From a virus (taxonomy: Duplodnaviria; Heunggongvirae; Uroviricota; Caudoviricetes), in IMG/VR virus record IMGVR_UViG_2537562173_000009: 4,664 nucleotides of DNA. One strand, written 5' to 3'. How positions within the stretch are numbered: position 1 is the first letter of the stretch; every line of letters begins with the position of its first letter. The notes under the pieces are model-generated. The model did not search any database. It had not been told where the DNA came from and was given only the letters and a program-made list of their open reading frames with translations. A program made the translations under genes and the position numbers. Below are positions 1 to 4,664 of this stretch, piece after piece.

Positions 1-209
1 GGGCTGTGGCTGATTAAAACGGAGCTGCTGGAAACGCAGACCGTGGACTTCAGCGTGGGTGCAGAAGGGCTTCGCCATGTACCGGGCGATGTCATTGAAA
101 TCTGTGATGATGACTATGCGGGGATCAGCATCGGCGGGCGCGTGCTGGCGGTGAACAGCAAAAATGCGGGCGGTGAACAACCAGACGCGGACACTGACGC
201 TCGACCGTG
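1..209 (+). CDS. J: gpJ-like fragment A (frame 1, 5'-partial). Homology ends near 163; the tail '[15 protein letters not shown]' is out-of-frame read-through.
   Basis: Frame 1 is open from base 1 and reads 'GLWLIKTELLETQTVDFSVGAEGLRHVPGDVIEICDDDYAGISIGGRVLAVNSK', then nonsense to the TGA at 207-209. Confidence 0.6.
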
Positions 210-907
210 AAATCACGCTGCCATCCTCCGGCACCACGCTGATAAGCCTGGCTGACGGACAGGGGAATCCGGTCAGCGTGGAGGTCCAGTCCGTCACCGA
301 CGGCGTGAAGGTAAAAGTGAGCCGTGTTCCTGACGGCGTTGCAGAATACAGCGTGTGGGGGCTGAAGTTGCCAACGTTGCGCCAGCGCCTGTTCCGCTGT
401 GTGAGTATCCGTGAGAACGATGACGGCACGTATGCCATCACTGCCGTGCAGCATGTACCGGAAAAAGAGGCCATCGTGGATAACGGGGCGCACTTTGACG
501 GCGACCAGAGCGGCACGGTGAATGGTGTCACGCCGCCAGCGGTGCAGCACCTGACTGCCGAAGTCACCGCAGACAGCGGGGAATATCAGGTGCTGGCGCG
601 CTGGGACACGCCGAAGGTGGTGAAGGGGGTGAGCTTTATGCTTCGCCTGACCGTGGCAGCGGATGACGGCAGTGAGCGGCTGGTCAGCACGGCCCGGACG
701 ACGGAAACCACATACCGCTTCAGGCAACTGGCGCTGGGGAACTACAGGCTGACAGTCCGGGCGGTAAATGCGTGGGGGCAGCAGGGCGATCCGGCATCGG
801 TATCGTTCCGGATTGCCGCACCGGCAGCGCCGTCGCAGATTGAGCTGACACCGGGGTATTTTCAGATAACCGCCACGCCGTGTGGAGGCTGTTGGCCAGC
901 CGAGTGA
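164..907 (+). CDS. J: gpJ-like fragment B (frame 2). J-like sequence starts at about 170; the ATG at 164 is probably fortuitous.
   Basis: This is the 247-aa ORF from the track. From '[21 protein letters not shown]' to '[13 protein letters not shown]' it is collinear with the middle of lambda J. The last 8 codons ('CGGCWPAE*') are out-of-frame relative to the continuing J sequence. Confidence 0.6.
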   Translation: MRAVNNQTRTLTLDREITLPSSGTTLISLADGQGNPVSVEVQSVTDGVKVKVSRVPDGVAEYSVWGLKLPTLRQRLFRCVSIRENDDGTYAITAVQHVPEKEAIVDNGAHFDGDQSGTVNGVTPPAVQHLTAEVTADSGEYQVLARWDTPKVVKGVSFMLRLTVAADDGSERLVSTARTTETTYRFRQLALGNYRLTVRAVNAWGQQGDPASVSFRIAAPAAPSQIELTPGYFQITATPCGGCWPAE

Positions 908-1964
908 TGATGCATCCGGCTATCTGAATTTTTTCAAAGGAGAGATAGGGAAAACCCATCTGGCTCAGGAGTTGTGGACGCAGATTGATAACGGTCAGCT
1001 TGCGACTGACCTGGCTGAAATCAGGACGTCAATTACGGGTGTCAGCAATGAAATCACGCAGACCGTCAATAAGAAACTGGAAGACCAGAGTGCAGCGATC
1101 CAGCAGATACAGAAGGTTCAGGTTGATACAAATAATAACCTGAACAGCATGTGGGCTGTGAAGCTGCAGCAGATGCAGGACGGACGCCTTTATATCGCGG
1201 GTATTGGTGCCGGTGTTGAGAATACTCCTGACGGTATGCAGAGTCAGGTGCTGCTGGCGGCGGACAGGATTGCGATGATTAATCCTGCGAATGGCAACAC
1301 AAAGCCGATGTTTGTTGGGCAGGGCGATCAGATATTCATGAACGAAGTGTTCCTGAAATATCTGACGGCTCCCACCATTACCAGCGGTGGCAATCCCCCA
1401 ACGTTTTCACTGACACCTGATGGTCGACTTTCTGCGAAAAATGCGGATATCAGCGGTAACGTGAACGCGAACTCCGGGACGCTCAACAACGTCACGATTA
1501 ATCAGAACTGTCGGATTCTGGGAAAACTGTCAGCTAACCAGATTGAAGGTGATATTGTCAAAACGGTGGGAAAAGCCTTTCCGAGAAATGGCAGTTATGC
1601 CAGCGGTACAATAACGGTCACTGTGTACGATGACCAGGCTTTTGACCGTCAGATAGTAGTCCCCCCCGTTCTGTTTCGTGGGGGTAAGCATGAAAACTTC
1701 AACAGCAACAACCAACAGTCATACTGGTATTCAACCTGTAAGCTGCAGGTACTGAAGAACGGACAGGAAATCTTTCAGCAACCCGCGACGGATGTCAGCA
1801 GGGTATTTTCATCAGTCATTGATATGCCTGCCGGACACGGCCATGTCACCCTGACTTTCAATGTTTCTTCATATGGTGCTAATAACTGGACGCCAACGAC
1901 CAGTATCAGCGACCTTCTTGTTGTTGTGATGAAGAAATCTACAGCCGGTATCAGTATCAGTTGA
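882..1964 (+). CDS. J: gpJ-like fragment C (frame 3), the C-terminal receptor-recognition part of J.
   Basis: This is the 360-aa ORF (GTG at 882). It contains conserved J motifs ('MWAVK', '[31 protein letters not shown]', '[46 protein letters not shown]', 'FDRQIVV', '[15 protein letters not shown]', 'AGISIS*'). The stop is TGA at 1962-1964. The last ~150 aa diverge from lambda J. Confidence 0.65.
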   Translation: MEAVGQPSDDASGYLNFFKGEIGKTHLAQELWTQIDNGQLATDLAEIRTSITGVSNEITQTVNKKLEDQSAAIQQIQKVQVDTNNNLNSMWAVKLQQMQDGRLYIAGIGAGVENTPDGMQSQVLLAADRIAMINPANGNTKPMFVGQGDQIFMNEVFLKYLTAPTITSGGNPPTFSLTPDGRLSAKNADISGNVNANSGTLNNVTINQNCRILGKLSANQIEGDIVKTVGKAFPRNGSYASGTITVTVYDDQAFDRQIVVPPVLFRGGKHENFNSNNQQSYWYSTCKLQVLKNGQEIFQQPATDVSRVFSSVIDMPAGHGHVTLTFNVSSYGANNWTPTTSISDLLVVVMKKSTAGISIS

Positions 1965-1983
1965 ATTTTATAACCCAGATACG

Positions 1984-2010
1984 GGCGCCAGAAATGGCGC
2001 CTTTTTTATT
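1984..2010 (+). terminator. Rho-independent terminator downstream of J.
   Basis: There is a perfect 7-bp stem, GGCGCCA (1984-1990) pairing with TGGCGCC (1995-2001), around a GAAA tetraloop (1991-1994). It is followed immediately by TTTTTTATT (2002-2010). Confidence 0.7.
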
Positions 2011-2022
2011 TGTGGAGTGAAT

Positions 2023-4083
2023 ATGGCAGTACAGATTTCAGGCGTGCTGAAAGACGGTGCAGGAAAACCGATACAGAACTGCACCATTCAGCTCAAAGCA
2101 AAACGTAACAGCACCACGGTTGTGGTGAACACGGTGGCCTCAGAAAATCCGGATGAAGCCGGACGTTACAGCATGGATGTCGAGTATGGCCAGTACAGCG
2201 TTATCCTGCTGGTTGAAGGTTTTCCGCCTTCACATGCCGGGGCCATCACCGTGTATGAGGATTCTAAGCCGGGGACATTGAATGATTTTCTGGGCGCTGC
2301 AACAGAAGATGATGTTCGTCCGGAGGCACTGTATCGTTTTGAAAAGATGGTGGAAGAGGTGGCACGCAACGCTGAAGCCGCCTCTCAGAGCGCAGCGGCA
2401 GCAAAGAAATCAGAAACAGCAGCGGCATCGTCCAGGAATGCGGCGAAAACATCAGAGACGAATGCAGGTAACAGCGCGAAAGCGGCAGCTTCTTCAAAAA
2501 CAGCCGCACAAAACGCAGCAACAGCGGCAGAACGTTCAGAGACAAATGCCCGTGCGTCAGAAGAAGCCTCCGCAGACAGTGAAGAGGCTTCCCGCCGTAA
2601 TGCAGAGTCAGCCGCTGAAAATGCCGGAGTCGCCACCACAAAAGCGCGGGAGGCCGCAGCAGACGCAACAAAGGCCGGGCAGAAAAAGGATGAGGCTCTG
2701 TCGGCAGCGACACGGGCTGAAAAGGCGGCAGACCGCGCAGAAGTCGCAGCGGAAGTGACTGCAGAGCCCTATGCGAATATAGTGCCGCCGCTGCCTGATG
2801 TGTGGATACCGTTTAACGATTCACTGGATATGATTGCGGGTTTTTCTCCGGGCTATAAAAAAATAGCTATTGGTGACGATGTGGTTCAGGTCGCCAGTGA
2901 TAAACAGGTTAATTTCAGTCGCGCATCAACGGCAACATATATCAACAAATCTGGCGAACTGAAAACGGCGGAAATTAATGAGCCGCGATTTGAGTGTGAT
3001 GGCCTGCTTATTGAGGGACAAAGAACGAACTACATGCTCAATTCGGAAAGTCCAGCCAGCTGGGGGAAGTCATCAAACATGGATGTGCCCGAAACCGGGA
3101 CAGATAGTTTTGGTTTTACTTATGGAAAGTTTGTCTGCAACGATTCTCTGGTTGGGCAAACTTCGGCTATTAATATGGCATCAATTGCTGCAACAAAGTC
3201 AGTTGATGTCTCAGGCGATAACAAGTACGTGACAACCTCATGCCGTTTTAAAACAGAACGACAGGTAAGGTTACGTATACGGTTTGATAAGTATGATGGT
3301 AGTGCAACAACTTTTCTTGGCGATGCGTACATTGATACGCAAACGCTTGAAATTAATATGACAGGTGGGGCTGCCGGCAGAATTACGGCACGAGTCAGGA
3401 AGGATAAGACCACAGGCTGGATTTTTGCAGAGGCAACGATTCAGGCAATTGATGGTGAGTTAAAAATAGGCTCTCAGATACAGTATTCTCCTGAGCGGGG
3501 TGGGGCAACAGTATCTGGTGACTATATTTATCTTGCCACCCCACAAGTAGAGAATGGGCCGTGTGTATCATCATTTATTATTTCAGGAGGCAGCGCAACG
3601 ACAAGAGCCAGTGATTTGGTTAGTATCCCCACCAGAAATAATCTTTATAAGTTACCATTTACTTTTTTACTTGAGATTCATAAAAACTGGGATATTGCAC
3701 CAAACGCCGCACCCCGCGTGTGGGATATAGCAGCAGCCAATACCGGGCAATCAGCAATTGCAGCAATCAACAGAGGTAGTGGTAAGTTATATATGAGTCT
3801 GTCAAACCCTTCAGGCTTGTATGTTAATAGCGCAGCGACAGATGTATTTGCAGAGAAAACCACATTTGGATGTATTGCAAAAGCTGATGGTCACTTTCAT
3901 GTGGTGACAAATGGTAAAGCGGTTAATGAAGTTTATTGTGAATATAATGGTGTGACCGCTGATAAAAATATCCGATTTGGAGGGCAGACGAATACTGGAG
4001 AACGACATCTGTTTGGCCATATTCGCAATTTCCGCATATGGCATAAAGAATTAAATGACAGGCAATTAAAAGAGGTCGTATGA
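2023..4083 (+). CDS. stf: Side tail fibre protein (lambda Stf family N-terminus, Ala/Ser-rich shaft, divergent C-terminal receptor-binding domain).
   Basis: It is a long ORF, open from GTG at 2017. The ATG at 2023 is the preferred start: it is preceded by GGAG (2014-2017) with a 5-nt spacer and gives 'MAVQISGVLKDGAGKPIQNCTIQLKAKRNSTTVVVNTVASENPDEAGRYSMDVEYGQYSVILLVEGFPPSHAGAITVYEDSKPGTLNDFL', which is near-identical in pattern to the lambda Stf N-terminus as I recall it. The low-complexity Ala/Ser/Thr/Glu shaft is typical of side tail fibres. The stop is TGA at 4081-4083. Confidence 0.9.
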   Translation: MAVQISGVLKDGAGKPIQNCTIQLKAKRNSTTVVVNTVASENPDEAGRYSMDVEYGQYSVILLVEGFPPSHAGAITVYEDSKPGTLNDFLGAATEDDVRPEALYRFEKMVEEVARNAEAASQSAAAAKKSETAAASSRNAAKTSETNAGNSAKAAASSKTAAQNAATAAERSETNARASEEASADSEEASRRNAESAAENAGVATTKAREAAADATKAGQKKDEALSAATRAEKAADRAEVAAEVTAEPYANIVPPLPDVWIPFNDSLDMIAGFSPGYKKIAIGDDVVQVASDKQVNFSRASTATYINKSGELKTAEINEPRFECDGLLIEGQRTNYMLNSESPASWGKSSNMDVPETGTDSFGFTYGKFVCNDSLVGQTSAINMASIAATKSVDVSGDNKYVTTSCRFKTERQVRLRIRFDKYDGSATTFLGDAYIDTQTLEINMTGGAAGRITARVRKDKTTGWIFAEATIQAIDGELKIGSQIQYSPERGGATVSGDYIYLATPQVENGPCVSSFIISGGSATTRASDLVSIPTRNNLYKLPFTFLLEIHKNWDIAPNAAPRVWDIAAANTGQSAIAAINRGSGKLYMSLSNPSGLYVNSAATDVFAEKTTFGCIAKADGHFHVVTNGKAVNEVYCEYNGVTADKNIRFGGQTNTGERHLFGHIRNFRIWHKELNDRQLKEVV
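2365..2760 (+). repeat. Low-complexity Ala/Ser/Glu/Thr-rich repetitive coding segment (fibre shaft) inside stf.
   Basis: The translation is 'RNAEAASQSAAAAKKSETAAASSRNAAKTSETNAGNSAKAAASSKTAAQNAATAAERSETNARASEEASADSEEASRRNAESAAENAGVATTKAREAAADATKAGQKKDEALSAATRAEKAADRAEVAAEV'. Short motifs recur (SETNA twice, AA(K/E)(T/R)SETNA), and the DNA is rich in gcagc/gcggc repeats. This generates spurious ORFs on both strands. Confidence 0.8.
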
Positions 4084-4358
4084 AAGATTTAACTTTGAAG
4101 TTTCATGACAAACTGCAGTTTAAGGCCTTCCTGTCATCTCTTGACTGGGAGGAGGATGAAGACCTCCAGAATAAACTGTTAGTCGATGAAATTGGTTTCA
4201 CCTACACAGAAACAGGGGTAACAGAAGAGGGAGAACCTGTCTGTGTCCGGAATGACGGTTATTTTGTCAACATTCGCATTCTTGATGACTTGTTTGATGT
4301 TTCTGTATTCTCTGATTATGTCGTGGAGCTGGAAACACCGCTTCGGGAATGGAGCTGA
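4080..4358 (+). CDS. Hypothetical small acidic protein (92 aa), translationally coupled to stf. Possibly a fibre-tip accessory or assembly factor; it is not recognisably Tfa.
   Basis: Its ATG (4080-4082) overlaps the stf stop TGA (4081-4083) as ATGA. An SD-like AAAGAGG lies at 4069-4075. The ORF is very Asp/Glu-rich ('DWEEDEDLQNKLLVDEIGFTYTETGVTEEGEPV...') with no hydrophobic segment. It shares the low GC (~35-42% by hand count) of the stf 3' domain. Confidence 0.65.
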   Translation: MKDLTLKFHDKLQFKAFLSSLDWEEDEDLQNKLLVDEIGFTYTETGVTEEGEPVCVRNDGYFVNIRILDDLFDVSVFSDYVVELETPLREWS

Positions 4359-4370
4359 AAGGAGGAAATA

Positions 4371-4664
4371 ATGGATATAAGCCCCTTACTTCATGCGCTT
4401 TGTGCTGTGGCTGCGCAGATACTGGTTGGTCTTTTTACCGGAAACTGGGCTTACGGAGCGATAGCCGGTTGTACGTTCTTCATTGCGCGTGAACATACCC
4501 AGGCAGAATATCGCTGGATTGAAATGTTCGGGCATGGCAAGCGAATGAATATGCCGTGGTGGGGCGGTTTTGATCCGCGAGCTTGGGATGTGGCAAGCCT
4601 GATGGATTTTGCTGTGCCGGTGGTGGCGTGTCTGCTGGTCTGGCTGTTGGTTAATCGTGGGTGA
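4371..4664 (+). CDS. Hypothetical small membrane protein (97 aa, two predicted transmembrane helices). Candidate moron / accessory gene.
   Basis: There is a strong SD, AAAGGAGG (4358-4365), with a 5-nt spacer to the ATG at 4371. The stop is TGA at 4662-4664. Hydrophobic stretches are 'LLHALCAVAAQILVGLFTGNWAYGAIAGCTFFIA' and 'LMDFAVPVVACLLVWLLV', flanking a Trp-rich loop 'EHTQAEYRWIEMFGHGKRMNMPWWGGFDPRAWD'. GC returns to about 53-60%. Confidence 0.7.
   Translation: MDISPLLHALCAVAAQILVGLFTGNWAYGAIAGCTFFIAREHTQAEYRWIEMFGHGKRMNMPWWGGFDPRAWDVASLMDFAVPVVACLLVWLLVNRG

Larger units (their letters stand above)
1..1964 (+). pseudogene. J: Host specificity protein J / central tail fibre (lambda gpJ family), 3' portion, disrupted by two frame changes. 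The 5' end lies upstream of the window.
   Basis: The translation is recognisably gpJ-like in three successive frames: frame 1 '...DDYAGISIGGRVLAVNSK', frame 2 '[16 protein letters not shown]...[41 protein letters not shown]', frame 3 '[20 protein letters not shown]...[36 protein letters not shown]...GISIS*'. These blocks match lambda J as I recall it. Frame 1 stops at 207-209 and frame 2 stops at 905-907. No single frame spans the region. Confidence 0.7.

Noticed and set aside
158-166. Possible programmed or transcriptional-slippage frameshift at the A-run (AAAAA, 160-164) at the first J frame change.
   Set aside because: The A-run is only 5 nt, and no programmed frameshift is known inside J. 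The adjacent 22-bp duplication fully accounts for the +1 shift, so a mutational lesion is the simpler explanation.
125-727. A 200-aa ORF on the minus strand, and a similar one at 720-959 (-).
   Set aside because: They lie entirely antisense to strongly conserved gpJ coding sequence. The translation is Arg/His/Pro-rich GC-artefact-like sequence with no start-site signals. They are almost certainly spurious.
1530-1715. A 61-aa ORF on the minus strand inside J fragment C.
   Set aside because: It is short, antisense to a conserved coding region, and has no RBS. Spurious.
1947-1964. A short tandem 'atcagt atcagt' at the extreme 3' end of J (encoding ISIS*).
   Set aside because: It is a 6-bp two-copy repeat in a coding region. 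That is too short to be meaningful and is probably just codon-level coincidence.
1961-1990. TTGAAT at 1961-1966 as a possible -35 element for an stf-specific promoter.
   Set aside because: No acceptable -10 hexamer lies at the right spacing (the downstream sequence is the GC-rich terminator stem). It overlaps the J stop codon and is likely coincidental.
2166-2758. A cluster of alternate-frame and antisense ORFs within stf (2166-2369 -, 2264-2713 -, 2385-2639 -, 2282-2758 +), including a very basic Arg/Gln/Lys-rich 158-aa frame.
   Set aside because: They are by-products of the GC-rich, codon-repetitive Ala/Ser shaft segment, which lacks stop codons in several frames. The genuine frame is the one giving the lambda-Stf-like protein.
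2978-4044. Embedded ORFs in the stf distal region (2978-3232 +, 3120-3413 -, 3678-3863 -, 3811-4044 -).
   Set aside because: They are short, fully contained in the long stf ORF, and have no convincing translation start signals. Treated as noise.
1-4664. Searched by eye for CRISPR repeats, tRNA or rRNA-like structure, IS-element terminal inverted repeats or a transposase.
   Set aside because: No regularly spaced direct repeats, no cloverleaf-like or rRNA-like segments, and no transposase-like ORF were seen. The window is fully accounted for by tail genes plus two small accessory ORFs.

Overview
This window is the distal tail-fibre region of a lambdoid (lambda-like) enterobacterial phage or prophage, all on the + strand. 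(1) Positions 1-1964 are the 3' part of a host-specificity / central tail-fibre gene J homolog, broken into three reading-frame segments (frame 1 to 209, frame 2 to 907, frame 3 to 1964), so most likely a pseudogene of a defective prophage. (2) A rho-independent terminator hairpin sits at about 1984-2010, and there is no lom-like gene between J and the next gene. (3) Positions 2023-4083 are a side-tail-fibre (stf-like) gene with a lambda-Stf-type N-terminus, an Ala/Ser-rich repetitive shaft, and an AT-rich C-terminal domain with a ConA/LamG-like C-terminal signature. (4) Where lambda carries tfa, there are instead two small ORFs: a 92-aa acidic protein (4080-4358) whose ATG overlaps the stf stop, and a 97-aa hydrophobic two-helix protein (4371-4664) with a strong Shine-Dalgarno. 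No rRNA, tRNA, CRISPR or IS elements are evident. Lambda comparisons are from memory and GC values are hand counts on sample lines; nothing was searched against a database.
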